A stretch of 64,000 nucleotides of DNA, taken from NCBI GenBank assembly GCA_903893315.1, contig CAITLU010000024.1, positions 5,119-69,118 on the forward strand, given 5' to 3'. How positions within the stretch are numbered: position 1 is the stretch's first letter; each line of letters opens with the position of its first letter. Origin of the DNA: an uncultured bacterium (GTDB lineage Bacteria > Desulfobacterota > Binatia > UBA1149 > CAITLU01). Shown here piece by piece: positions 20,922-30,878 of this stretch. Under the pieces are notes generated by a model. The model was not told the DNA's origin, searched no databases, and saw only the letters and a program-made list of their open reading frames with translations. A program made the position numbers and the translations under genes.

Positions 20922-23804
20922 ATGAGGTTTCCGAAAGCGGGCAAGAGCGTGGCCGGCGTGGCGATGGCGGTTTCGTCGATGCTGCTGGGGGCCGCGCCGG
21001 CAGCCGCAGCGGGCTTCTGCGGTGCGGGTTCCAACGTCCCGCGGCCGCAGAACGTGATCCTGTTCGTGCTCGACGATTCCAGCCCCTCGGATCTTCCGTT
21101 CTTCAACACGCCGTTGGTGTGGCCGGACCAGAACAACCCTCCGCGGACCCTGCCGGACCCGGTGCTCACGGAAGGCGCCCTGCGACTGCCCGAATACAAC
21201 AGGGCGATGGCCAGGTTCTACGCTTCGCGTAACTGTCCGAGCGGCCTGTGTTCGCTCGGAGACAATTTCCTGCACCCGACCTCTTCGTCATCGCTGGTGG
21301 TTCCCGTGGATCTCGACGGCGATCAGACGGTGGTTTCTGCGACCAACGCCGACTCCTTCCGCTACGTCGAACGTAATCAAGCCGGCAATCTCTGCGGCGA
21401 AGAAACCGGGACCTGCGATGCCAACACGGACGTATTGTCGTCACACGGTGGCTTGCGCAAACTGGTAGAAGAGGGGCTTGCGTTTCGGCGTTTCTACGCC
21501 ACTTCGGCAAAGTGCGCGCCGACCCGCGCTTCGATGTTCACCGGTCGTTATCCGGGACAGGTCGGAGTGAGTCTGAACGGGAGCAAACTGGAAATTTCGG
21601 AACTGACGGCCGGCGACCTGCTCAAGGGACTGCCGGGATGCAAGGACGACGACGAGAACACTCCGTGTTATTCCACCGGCCATCTCGCCAAGTGGCATCT
21701 GGGAAGCAAGGAACACGCGAACCAGACTCCCTGGCAACGCGGCGCTGACGAGGCGGTATTCTTCCGCGGAGCGAGCCGGGTTCCGTTCAAGGACAGCCAG
21801 TTGCTCTGCGGTCCGCCGCCGATGCCGCACAACCCACCGGCGAATTACCGCCAGGGTTTCTATTGCAACAACGCGGCGCTGGCGGCGGCGGTTCCAGGTT
21901 GCATAACGAGCTCGCAGTGTGACGCCGCGTGTCCGGGTGGCCCTGGACGCTGCGCGTGCGCGGAAGGGCGTGACGTCGTGAGCAGTGACGACAACTTCTG
22001 CTATGAACTCGACCCGACGCCCTGTGCTTCGGATTCCGAGTGCCGGGCTGGTGCTAGCGACCACGACACCTGCGTGGCGTGGGGCCAGAACGTCGGCCCC
22101 GGAAATCAGACTGCCTGCCATCCTGACGATGCGGATCTGAATCTGGATTGCTGCACGCCACGCGCCAAGACTCCGACGCGCGGGCCTTTGGAAGGTCTCT
22201 ACTATTTCAAGAACAAGCAGATCGACGCCGGTGGGACGGCCAAGAAATTTTGGTTCAAGGACGGCGAGCGTGATCTTCTCACCGGTGAATCCCATTACCC
22301 GTGCAACTCCGATGCTAGCTATCTCGATTCGGGGCTCGAAGGCTGCATGTACGACACGCGGGTCTACCGCGACTGGGCGACCAATTTTATCGGTCGTCAT
22401 GCCGACGAACCGTTCTTCCTCACTATTCCTCTGCACTCGCTGCACGAACCCATGGACGCTCCGGTGCGCACGTTGGCGCACTACTCGACGGCGGGCCTGG
22501 TGACTAACGCTCCAGGCACCGCCGACAGGTTCTGGAGTTCGCTCGAGGAAGTGGACGCCGCTATCGGCAAGGTGATCGAGACCCTGGAAGGCGGCGTCTG
22601 CAACAGCAAGTCGTCGCCGGAGACAGCCGGCTTGAAGTGCGCGTCCAACGGCGACTGCGGAGGGACACCCGGAGCGGCTTGCGTGACCGATCTCGCTCAG
22701 CGAACCCTGATTCTGTTCACTGCCGACCAGGGCCAGACCAACGCACCCTACGGCAGCGCGATCCTGCGCGAGGGAAAGGGCTCGACGTTCGACGGCGGTC
22801 TGCGTGTCGGATTGCTGGCGTGGGATCCGGGTCTGGGCGTGGGAAGTGCGGCACCGGGCGGACATATGCGCGGCGATCCGTTCGTCGCCAGTCAGGTGGA
22901 CATATTGCCGACCGTGTTGGATGCGGCGGGCTGTGCGCCGAACCACGGAGACGATCAATACGAGATCAAGGCGTGCGTCGGCAGGAACGTCAGTCGGCCG
23001 AGTCTCTGCGACAGCGACCAGGATTGCGCGGCGGTTGGTGGCGGATCTTGCGTGTCGAGGTTGATAGCGGGCAGAACGATGCTGCCGGCGCTGGTGGGAG
23101 CGGGAACGCCGGTACGTGATTTTGCCTTCGCGTCGTATCCGAGCGAGCCGCAGATGATTTCCGTTCGCAGTGGATACTACAGCGACGGTTGCAGCGGCAA
23201 TGCCGACTGCAATGGCGCGGCGAAGATTTGCAGCTATGTCGGTGAACAAGGGCCGGACGCAGCGTCCGGAACACTGGACCGCAGCCGCCTCGGTGGATCC
23301 TGCGATGTCTGCGAGAGCGATGGTGACTGCAGCGGCACCATGTGCATCGCCAGCGGTACGTACTGCGTTCCAAGTACCGATTCGAGTTATCTGAGTCGTT
23401 GTACGGCTGAACCCGCCGGTGGAGCGCTGGATCCGGTCGGTGACGAATGTGATCCGGCTGCGTTCCAGCGCTGCTGGTCGGCCGTTGATTGTGGCCGGGA
23501 TGAGAGATGCGTTCAGGTGGAAACAACTTGCAACGGATGCCGTGCGGCGGCGTGGAAACTTATGGGCGGTGGCGGCGTAGGGGTCGGCAACCCGAGCAAG
23601 TCGGTCGCTCTCTTCGACCTCGGCAGCAACCCCGAAGAGAGCGAGTCCCTGGACTGCATCGACGAGGCCAAGAACCCGAGCAACCCGGACTACGCCAAGT
23701 TGAGCGCGACTGACGATGATCTGCGCCGACGTCTGGACGGCTGGTTCGACTGCATCAGCGCCGGTCTATCGGTCGATTGCGACACGCAGAAATCCCCGCA
23801 GTGA
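20922..23804 (+). CDS. Secreted Cys-type sulfatase with multiple Cys-rich insertions
   Basis: Signal peptide, 'NVILFVLDD', formylglycine motif 'CAPTRASMFTGRYP', 'KWHLG', 'TADQG', 'KGSTFDGGLRV', 'VDILPT', 'LFDLGSNPEE'; GGAGG RBS. Confidence 0.88.
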   Translation: MRFPKAGKSVAGVAMAVSSMLLGAAPAAAAGFCGAGSNVPRPQNVILFVLDDSSPSDLPFFNTPLVWPDQNNPPRTLPDPVLTEGALRLPEYNRAMARFYASRNCPSGLCSLGDNFLHPTSSSSLVVPVDLDGDQTVVSATNADSFRYVERNQAGNLCGEETGTCDANTDVLSSHGGLRKLVEEGLAFRRFYATSAKCAPTRASMFTGRYPGQVGVSLNGSKLEISELTAGDLLKGLPGCKDDDENTPCYSTGHLAKWHLGSKEHANQTPWQRGADEAVFFRGASRVPFKDSQLLCGPPPMPHNPPANYRQGFYCNNAALAAAVPGCITSSQCDAACPGGPGRCACAEGRDVVSSDDNFCYELDPTPCASDSECRAGASDHDTCVAWGQNVGPGNQTACHPDDADLNLDCCTPRAKTPTRGPLEGLYYFKNKQIDAGGTAKKFWFKDGERDLLTGESHYPCNSDASYLDSGLEGCMYDTRVYRDWATNFIGRHADEPFFLTIPLHSLHEPMDAPVRTLAHYSTAGLVTNAPGTADRFWSSLEEVDAAIGKVIETLEGGVCNSKSSPETAGLKCASNGDCGGTPGAACVTDLAQRTLILFTADQGQTNAPYGSAILREGKGSTFDGGLRVGLLAWDPGLGVGSAAPGGHMRGDPFVASQVDILPTVLDAAGCAPNHGDDQYEIKACVGRNVSRPSLCDSDQDCAAVGGGSCVSRLIAGRTMLPALVGAGTPVRDFAFASYPSEPQMISVRSGYYSDGCSGNADCNGAAKICSYVGEQGPDAASGTLDRSRLGGSCDVCESDGDCSGTMCIASGTYCVPSTDSSYLSRCTAEPAGGALDPVGDECDPAAFQRCWSAVDCGRDERCVQVETTCNGCRAAAWKLMGGGGVGVGNPSKSVALFDLGSNPEESESLDCIDEAKNPSNPDYAKLSATDDDLRRRLDGWFDCISAGLSVDCDTQKSPQ

Positions 23805-23874
23805 CGGACGCGGGGATCGTCAGCGCCAAAGGGTTCGGCACGCCTGACGTGCGTGCCGGTGACGATGTGGAGCG

Positions 23875-24621
23875 CTAGACCCGTCCGACCTTGAGGATGA
23901 GGGGCCACGAGATTTCGCGGCGCCGCTGAGGGTCGCTCCAGACTCCGGCGAGCCTTTCGGCGAAGGCCGGCATCGGATCTTCGTCCTTTTGTTGTCGATA
24001 CCCGTCCACGGATGACCAGGTGCCGATATAGGCGAGCATGTGGTCGAGGCTCCAGTGGGCCGTCATCGAAAAAGACGGTGCCGAAAGCAGTTCGAATGGA
24101 AAAGATACCCCGGCGTAAGACGCGTCGACGATGCCGCGCTGGGGCGGCCAGTATGGCCCCACGGTCCTGCTGCTGAACTCCCTGATCGCCTCGTCGACCC
24201 CGGGATCCACTGACGCAAGGCCGTAGCCCCAAACTGCCACTGCACCGTGGGGCCGCAGGACTCGGTGCACTTCGCGCCAGAAAGCCTCGATGTCGAACCA
24301 GTGCAGGGCCTGCGCGGCAGTGACGAGGTCAACGGAGGCGTCGTTGAAAGGGCAACACTCGGCGCGCGCGACCCGGTACTCGACGTGGGGATGAGGCTCG
24401 GCGCTGGCGATCTGTGCGGCGCTGGCGTCGGTAGCAAGCACGCGCGTGAATACTTCGCCGAGCATGGTCGCGGCTTGTCCGTTGCCGGTTGCGCAGTCCC
24501 AGGCCAGACCGCGGCCTGGTGCGGTGGTGGCCAGATAGTCGAACAACGCGCGGGGATAACCCGGCCTCCATCGGCGGTAACTCTCGGCTACGGTGCTGAA
24601 GTGATCGTTCCAGTCGGACAT
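23875..24621 (-). CDS. Class I SAM-dependent methyltransferase
   Basis: 'RPGYP', 'AWDCATGNGQA', 'DLVTAAQALHWFD', 'VLRPHG'; ATG 24621 after GGAGG. Confidence 0.92.
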   Translation of the reverse strand: MSDWNDHFSTVAESYRRWRPGYPRALFDYLATTAPGRGLAWDCATGNGQAATMLGEVFTRVLATDASAAQIASAEPHPHVEYRVARAECCPFNDASVDLVTAAQALHWFDIEAFWREVHRVLRPHGAVAVWGYGLASVDPGVDEAIREFSSRTVGPYWPPQRGIVDASYAGVSFPFELLSAPSFSMTAHWSLDHMLAYIGTWSSVDGYRQQKDEDPMPAFAERLAGVWSDPQRRREISWPLILKVGRV

Positions 24622-24652
24622 TGCGAACCTCCTGCACCAGTTTGAAGCGGAC

Positions 24653-24684
24653 AAGAAAAAAGGGCCGTCCTGTGTGGACGACCC
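24653..24684 (-). terminator. Intrinsic terminator
   Basis: Minus strand GGGTCGTCC-ACACA-GGACGGCCC (9 bp, one G-U) followed by TTTTTTCTT, downstream of the 24755-25570 gene. Confidence 0.75.
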
Positions 24685-24754
24685 CTATTCCTTGTTTCCA
24701 TTAGTCTTCAGATCTGCGCGTCCCGTGACGCGAGTCCGCTGACGCCCCGGCGGC

Positions 24755-25570
24755 TCAGGGAAAAGAGATGAACTGCGGTGTTCCAGTGTGGCCGCCGTTG
24801 TCGATCAGCACGTCGGCATCGGGGCCGCCGGTGATCTTGACGTAAGCTCCGACCGTGATGTTTCCCACCGTCACCGTGTCGACGTCGTTGCCCGTGTTGA
24901 CGAGGATCTTTCCCCGCCAGTTGGCATCGGTCAGCGTGAACTGGTCAGCGCCGTTGCCGGTTTTGACGGCCAGCTTCCCCTTAGGATCGACGTGGTGCGA
25001 GTTTGCGAGGACGACGATGTCGTCACCGTTCTTGGTCGTGATGCCACCGCGATACTCGACGTCGTCGAACAGAACCGAGTCCGGGCCGTTGCCTGTGACT
25101 ATTTTGCTCGGCTCGGAGATGTCGGTGTTGTTCATGTCGATGAGGTTGGTACCGTCACCCATGGTCAGTCGCAGCTGCTTGTTGAGAACCACGTTGTTCA
25201 TGGTCACAGAAGAATCACCGATGCCGGTAGTGATCTTGCACAGGCGGGTGATGGTCACGTTGTTCATCACCAAGTCGTCGGAGCCGCCTCCCATGTCGAT
25301 GTAGACTTCGTGATTGGCGACTGGGGTAGTGTAAGGGCTCGACGCACCATTGATGGTGGTGCTTCCATCGCCGGGAGTTACCAGAAATACGCTGGTGTCG
25401 AGCGTACCCTCGATGACGACCGAGTTGTCGGCCGCGTCGCCGGTCACTGTCATGACGCCCAAGTTGACGGAGACGGAGACATTCCCGGAGGCCCTGGCCT
25501 GTGAGGCGCCAAGCGCGAGCACTGCGAAGCCAACGGCTGACATAAGAACCACGGATTTTGTGTTGATCAT
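24755..25570 (-). CDS. Secreted beta-solenoid repeat protein
   Basis: Signal peptide ending QARA; about 8 repeats of roughly 22 aa containing [IV]x[TM]GxGxDx[VL]; GGAGGG RBS. Confidence 0.8.
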   Translation of the reverse strand: MINTKSVVLMSAVGFAVLALGASQARASGNVSVSVNLGVMTVTGDAADNSVVIEGTLDTSVFLVTPGDGSTTINGASSPYTTPVANHEVYIDMGGGSDDLVMNNVTITRLCKITTGIGDSSVTMNNVVLNKQLRLTMGDGTNLIDMNNTDISEPSKIVTGNGPDSVLFDDVEYRGGITTKNGDDIVVLANSHHVDPKGKLAVKTGNGADQFTLTDANWRGKILVNTGNDVDTVTVGNITVGAYVKITGGPDADVLIDNGGHTGTPQFISFP

Positions 25571-25725
25571 GACCTAGAACCCTCCCCAGGACTGTCGAAA
25601 AGTAACCGACTCAACGTGTCGCCAGTGTCGCCCGGAACGCATCGAAGTGTCAAACCGTGAAAGGGCCGATCCCGTGCGGCGGCCGGGGTGCCGCCCCTTC
25701 GGTTTTTCCCGCTAACTAAGCCACT

Positions 25726-26133
25726 TCAGCGCGCCAAGGTGATCTCGAGGACGGCCCTGGCGTGGTAGCGTCCCGAGAGTTTTGACAGCACATCGACGAG
25801 CCACTTTTGCCATCCGTACTTGCGGTCCAGACTCCCGTAGGCTTTCGCGATCAGGGCCGGTTCGGTGACGATGCGCCCGGTGCCTTTCCAACTCGGTCCC
25901 CGCACTACCCCGCGCCAGTTACAGGCGGCCAGTTCTACATCCGAGTTTCGGCCCAGCCTCTTGACCTTGAACGATCCAGCTTCGGTGAACATATAAATCC
26001 TGCTGCCCACAACCGCGTGCCAGATCGGTACGGCCACCGGTGAGCCGTCGCGCTTGTACGTGGTAAGGCTAACGTATGCTTCCTTTTCGATAGAGCCCCG
26101 TCCCTTGGAGGCGCTTCCTCGTGATCTAACCAT
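25726..26133 (-). CDS. PPOX-class (putatively F420-dependent) oxidoreductase
   Basis: 'YVSLTTYKRDGSPVAVPIW', 'KVKRLGRN', 'KYGW'; AGGAG RBS. Confidence 0.85.
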   Translation of the reverse strand: MVRSRGSASKGRGSIEKEAYVSLTTYKRDGSPVAVPIWHAVVGSRIYMFTEAGSFKVKRLGRNSDVELAACNWRGVVRGPSWKGTGRIVTEPALIAKAYGSLDRKYGWQKWLVDVLSKLSGRYHARAVLEITLAR

Positions 26134-26211
26134 TTTTTTCTCCTGTGAACCGGTTGTCCATGGTGTGTCGCTGCGGGTCTGGCCGGTTTCGAATCCCTGT
26201 GTCGCGAGGAG

Positions 26212-27144
26212 TTATCCGTCCACGCGTTCGATGACTACCAGGCGTCCGATGAGATGCCCGGGCGGAGGCGCCGGCGGGACTTGGATTTCGATACGTCCCG
26301 CCACTCCTTGGACGAGTCGTACTCCGGCGGCGGTAACGACGAAACCCTTCACCCTGAGCGCGCCGCGCTCCGACAGTTCGCCGAGCAGGACTTCGGGATC
26401 GACGATGCCGTCGACGACCATCTCCCGGCTGCAGTAATCATCGTGATGACGGTGGGTGTGGTCTTGCCGAGTGCGAGCGGCGGTGCCGTCACCAGCGAGG
26501 ATCCTGTTCTCGGGACTGTGGTCGCGGGGCTTCACGCCCGCCGGCGACGGCGGGAACACGATTCTCTCGTCGATCGTGCCGAAGCGGCAGCGCACGATAG
26601 CTACGCCCGGTTGTATCCGCTGCAACTCGGCTTCCGCGCGTACGCAGTCTTCGCTGCTGACAAGGTCGGTCTTGTTGAGAACCAGGAGGTCCGCCGAGCA
26701 GATCTGATCGATGAAAACAGGATCGAGGTCGCGGCCGGCGGCAACCTGCTCGGCGCTGACCACGACGATCGCGGTTTCGTCGCGGGCCCAGCCCCGCACC
26801 GGATCGCGCCAGAAGTTCAGCAGCGTGTCGTAGGGCAGGGCCACGCCGGATGTCTCGACGATGACGCGCTGGGGACGGGCCCTCTCCCACAGTTCCTGAA
26901 GTGTGCGCAGCAGGTCGTCGGAGAGGCGGCAGCACACGCAGCCTCCCGACAACTCCACGTAGTCGGCGGCGGCGTCCGCCAGCAAGGCTTCGTCGATGCC
27001 GAGTTCGCCGAACTCGTTGGAGACGACCGCGGTGCGGATGCCCTGACGCTGGCCCTCTTCGAGGAGATGGCGAACCAGCGTTGTCTTGCCTGAGCCGAGA
27101 AAGCCGGAGACGACCAGGGCCTGGGCGCTGTCGTGCTCTACCAT
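26212..27144 (-). CDS. CobW/COG0523 family G3E GTPase metallochaperone
   Basis: GFLGSGKT, 'NEFGELGID', 'GGCVCC', 'ETSGVA', 'NKTDL', a His-rich stretch, 'LRVKG'. Confidence 0.92.
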   Translation of the reverse strand: MVEHDSAQALVVSGFLGSGKTTLVRHLLEEGQRQGIRTAVVSNEFGELGIDEALLADAAADYVELSGGCVCCRLSDDLLRTLQELWERARPQRVIVETSGVALPYDTLLNFWRDPVRGWARDETAIVVVSAEQVAAGRDLDPVFIDQICSADLLVLNKTDLVSSEDCVRAEAELQRIQPGVAIVRCRFGTIDERIVFPPSPAGVKPRDHSPENRILAGDGTAARTRQDHTHRHHDDYCSREMVVDGIVDPEVLLGELSERGALRVKGFVVTAAGVRLVQGVAGRIEIQVPPAPPPGHLIGRLVVIERVDG

Positions 27145-27977
27145 GTCAGAATCGAAAAGCTCTGACCGGGGTACCTCTTGACCAGTCCGCCGAGCCACCA
27201 CACGCGCTCCGGTGCGGCTCTTTGTTCGAGGATGGAGGTGAGCGTTTGCTGGAGCGCAACCAGCGCCTCGCGCGGCATCGTCGTGCCCATATGACCGCAC
27301 AGCACGGTTCGTATTTCCGGGTAGTCGCCAAGCAGACGCTTGGTTGATTCAAGATAGGCGGCCAGATCGGCACCCGGCAGAAAAGTGTAAAGTTCCCCCG
27401 CATAAAGAAAGTCGCCGACGAATGCGTAGCCACGGGCCCGGTCGACAAGGGCGATCGAGTCGGGCGAGTGTCCGGGGATCGAAACGGCTTCGAGAACGCG
27501 ACCGCCGATGTCGATTTTTTCGCCGGGCTTCCACCATTCAGTGACCATGAAGCTGCTCGCCAACGGCGACAGACTCATCGCCAGCGATGGCGTGTAGCGG
27601 TTGTCGACGGTGTGCTCGCGGTTGATCGGCAGGTCGACCATGGCAATCTCATCGAAACTGCCGATGCTGCCGATGTGGTCGTAGTGAACGTGCGACGGAA
27701 TCACGGTTGTCGGCTTGCGCGTGACGTTGTCGGACATGTGCTTGATGTCGCGGGTGCCCGAACCGGCGTCGAACAGGATCGTGCGAACTTGTCCCTTGAT
27801 GATGAAGGAATTGTTCTTCTGCCAGTACTTGGGTTCTGAGATGGCCCAGGTGTCGGCGTCGATACGCGAGACGTCGAAGTACCCGTCGGTGGCGCTGATG
27901 CTGACCGGGGTCTGGGCCGAAGCCGGGCTCGGGCAACCCAATACGCATGTGGCCGCGGCTGCTGCCGCCGCGGCCAT
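27138..27977 (-). CDS. Exported metallo-beta-lactamase fold hydrolase
   Basis: HxHxDH (HVHYDH), 'PGHSPD', 'VGDFLY', 'CGH', with a signal-like N-terminus. Start uncertain: ATG 27977 or GTG 28136. Confidence 0.85.
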   Translation of the reverse strand: MAAAAAAAATCVLGCPSPASAQTPVSISATDGYFDVSRIDADTWAISEPKYWQKNNSFIIKGQVRTILFDAGSGTRDIKHMSDNVTRKPTTVIPSHVHYDHIGSIGSFDEIAMVDLPINREHTVDNRYTPSLAMSLSPLASSFMVTEWWKPGEKIDIGGRVLEAVSIPGHSPDSIALVDRARGYAFVGDFLYAGELYTFLPGADLAAYLESTKRLLGDYPEIRTVLCGHMGTTMPREALVALQQTLTSILEQRAAPERVWWLGGLVKRYPGQSFSILTW

Positions 27978-28198
27978 GACGACGAGGCTGGTGGCGACCT
28001 GCCGCCGCGGTCTCGATTCCGACAGCTTCCCGCTGCCGCGACCGGAATCGGAAACTCCCCGCGCCGGACGTTGCCGAAGCGAAACGGTGGTGTCGTGGGC
28101 GATCGGCGATGAGGTGATGAGGACGGCGGCTTTCACGGTGACCTGCTTGTATTCGCGCCCGGTGCAGGCGGCAACCGGTACCTGCGGCGAACAGGTGT

Positions 28199-30796
28199 TC
28201 AGGCGTTGCGCCGTCGTCCGAAACTTCCCGGTTTGCGCTCCGGCTTGGCGTCGAGCGGGTTCTCCGGCCACGAGTGCTTGGGGTATCGCGCGCGCAGTTC
28301 GCGACGCACCTCGAGGTAGGCAGTGCGCCAGAAGCTGGCCAGGTCTTCGGTCACCTGCTCAGGGCGGCCGTTGGGAGCCAGCAGGTGCACCACTACGGCG
28401 ACGCGTCCCGCCGCTACGCGCGGCGTCTCCGTCAGTCCGAACAACTCCTGGATGCGCGCAGCCAGTGCCGGTGCGCGGCCGGGCACATAGTCGAGACGGA
28501 TGTGGCTGCCGCTCGGAACCTCCAGATGTTCGGGGGCGTTGCGGTCGAGCGCGCGGCGTTGTTCGTGGGTCAGGCGGGCCCTGAGCGCTTCGAGCAGAGG
28601 TGCACGCCTGGTCTCTTCGAAAGACTGGCGTCCTTGGGCCAGTTCTCGTGCGACATCGGCTATCGAAGCTTGATCGAACGTCGTGAGTCCCAGCTCTGGC
28701 ATCCACTGGGCCAGCGAGCGTACGCGGGCCAGCAAACTCTGCACGTCGGCGTTGTCGAGTGACAGTGCACGGGTTGGCTGAAGCGCAGCGTGCTCGGCCA
28801 GCAAGTTTCCAGATTCGGCGCGGTCGACGCGCGGCAGCGGTTTTTCTTCGATGACGAGATCGCGGTAGGCGGTCCGCTCCGCCGCGACCACGCGTTCTGT
28901 GGAATCTTCGAAGAACAGTGCACGCGACTGCCTGGTAGGAAGCCACTCGGCTTCGATCGCGGAGGCCTGTCGTACCAGGGTTTCCGAGCGCTCGCCGCGA
29001 CGGCCACCGTCGAGTTCGACGCACACGAACAGTTCGGCGGTATGCACGACGCTCTCGGCGGCCAGACGCAGGCCACGGCCGCCGACCATCACCGCACGCT
29101 CGCTGCCGCGCTGGCGCCTGCGCCCGACTCGATCGGGAAACGCCGCCAGCAGTGCGCGCAGCAGGGCGTCTTCGGCGCCAGCACCGTGACTCCGGCTGCC
29201 GCTGCCGCGTGCTTCTGACGGCCGCATCGAAGCAGTGCCCGGTAGTAAATTTCTTGCGAGGTCTTTGGCTACGCGCAATACGGCGTGCGCGGCGCCGACA
29301 CTGAGTTCGGGCCACGCCGACGGCGAACGTGTCGCAGCGGCGGCGAAGCGTTCGAGCAGCAGCACCCGCTCCACCACGTCTGACTCGCAAGTGGTCGCAG
29401 CGCTGCGTCCGCGAAACGCGTCACGGCGAAACGGATCACGTTCGCTCAACATCGCGGCGGCCAGCGCCGCCTGTTGCGCGCAGCCGTGCGTGCGTCCCTC
29501 TACCAGCAGGCGTGCGATGCGCGGCGCCAATGGAAGATGCGCGAGTTCGCGACCGAGTTCGGTGACGCCGCGTTCGTCGACGGCGCCGAGGTCTTCGAGA
29601 AGACGTGCGGCGGCGGCGAGCGCAGCGGCTTCCGGTGCTTCGAACCAGCCGAAGCCCGCAGCGCTCGGCTCTCCCCATGTACGAAGCTCGAGCACCGCGC
29701 GAGAAAGGTCGACGCGGCGGATCTCCGGATCTTCGCTTGCTTTCAGCGACGCGTCGTCGTGAGCGCTCCACAGACGCAGGCACAGCCCCGGCGCCGTGCG
29801 ACCGGCGCGTCCTGTCCGCTGATCGGCCGAAGCGCGCGAGATGCGCGTCAGTTCCAGACGGTCCACGCCTACGGCAGGGTCGAAGCGCAACACCCGCGCG
29901 AGTCCCGAGTCGACCACGGCCGTGATGTTGTCGATCGTTACCGAGGTCTCGGCCACGTTGGTCGACAGCACTACCTTGCGCAACTGAGCGCGACGCAGCA
30001 CCGCGTCTTGTTCTTCGGCGGGCAGATCGCCGTACATTTCCATGACGACCAGCCCTCGTTGCCGGGCGGTGTCCGCCAGTGTTTCGCCGGCGCGACGGAT
30101 CTCGGCGAGGCCGGGAAGAAAGACCAGTACGTCGCCCGCAGTCTGTTCGAGCGCGATTTCGACCGCGGCGGCTACGGCATTCTCGAGACGCGCCTCGGCG
30201 GCGACGGCGAGATTGCGGACTTCGACCGGATACAAGCGACCCCGGCTTTCGATCACGGGCGCGTCGCCGAGGAAGTGTGCGATCGGGGCCGGATCGAGCG
30301 TTGCCGACATGACCACGATCCTGAGATCGCTGCGCGCTTCCAACTGCACTTTGCGCGTCATCGCCAGCGACAGGTCGGCGTCGAGGCTGCGTTCGTGAAA
30401 CTCGTCGAACAGCACCGCGCCGATGCCGTCCAAAAACGGATCGTCCTGGAGGCGCCGCAGAAAGACGCCTTCGGTCATTGCCACCAGACGTGTGCGCGGC
30501 CCCACCTTGCGGTCGAAGCGCACGGCGTAGCCGACCTCTTCACCCAACTCGCCGCCGCGCTCGAAAGCGATGCGCCGCGCCGCCGCGCGCGCCGCCACCC
30601 GCCGCGGCTGCAGCAACACGACCGTACCGTGGCACGACTGCGCGTCGAGAATTGCCGCTGCCACGCGCGTGGTCTTGCCGGCTCCTGTGGGCGCGCGCAG
30701 AACCAGGTTTGGTGTGAGTTCCAGCGACGCGACGATGTCGGCGATGACGGCGTCGATGGGGAGCGGCTCACGCTCGCGCGTTGTGGGGGCGGTCAT
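28199..30796 (-). CDS. hrpB: ATP-dependent RNA helicase HrpB
   Basis: 'APTGAGKTT', 'DEFHER', 'MSAT', 'TNVAETS', 'QRTGRAGR', C-terminal 'RYPKHSWP'. Confidence 0.96.
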   Translation of the reverse strand: MTAPTTREREPLPIDAVIADIVASLELTPNLVLRAPTGAGKTTRVAAAILDAQSCHGTVVLLQPRRVAARAAARRIAFERGGELGEEVGYAVRFDRKVGPRTRLVAMTEGVFLRRLQDDPFLDGIGAVLFDEFHERSLDADLSLAMTRKVQLEARSDLRIVVMSATLDPAPIAHFLGDAPVIESRGRLYPVEVRNLAVAAEARLENAVAAAVEIALEQTAGDVLVFLPGLAEIRRAGETLADTARQRGLVVMEMYGDLPAEEQDAVLRRAQLRKVVLSTNVAETSVTIDNITAVVDSGLARVLRFDPAVGVDRLELTRISRASADQRTGRAGRTAPGLCLRLWSAHDDASLKASEDPEIRRVDLSRAVLELRTWGEPSAAGFGWFEAPEAAALAAAARLLEDLGAVDERGVTELGRELAHLPLAPRIARLLVEGRTHGCAQQAALAAAMLSERDPFRRDAFRGRSAATTCESDVVERVLLLERFAAAATRSPSAWPELSVGAAHAVLRVAKDLARNLLPGTASMRPSEARGSGSRSHGAGAEDALLRALLAAFPDRVGRRRQRGSERAVMVGGRGLRLAAESVVHTAELFVCVELDGGRRGERSETLVRQASAIEAEWLPTRQSRALFFEDSTERVVAAERTAYRDLVIEEKPLPRVDRAESGNLLAEHAALQPTRALSLDNADVQSLLARVRSLAQWMPELGLTTFDQASIADVARELAQGRQSFEETRRAPLLEALRARLTHEQRRALDRNAPEHLEVPSGSHIRLDYVPGRAPALAARIQELFGLTETPRVAAGRVAVVVHLLAPNGRPEQVTEDLASFWRTAYLEVRRELRARYPKHSWPENPLDAKPERKPGSFGRRRNA

Positions 30797-30878
30797 CTAT
30801 CTCGCGATGCCCGACCGTGTTCTCTGCCGGGACGCCGCAGGCGAATCATTGCGGGCGCGGGTGGCAGAGGACGCCGGT

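Noticed and set aside
25640..25720. Possible c-di-GMP-I riboswitch (CAAACC-GTGAAA-GG)
   Set aside because: It is on the wrong strand for the adjacent gene and lacks the second stem and GCAAA consensus.
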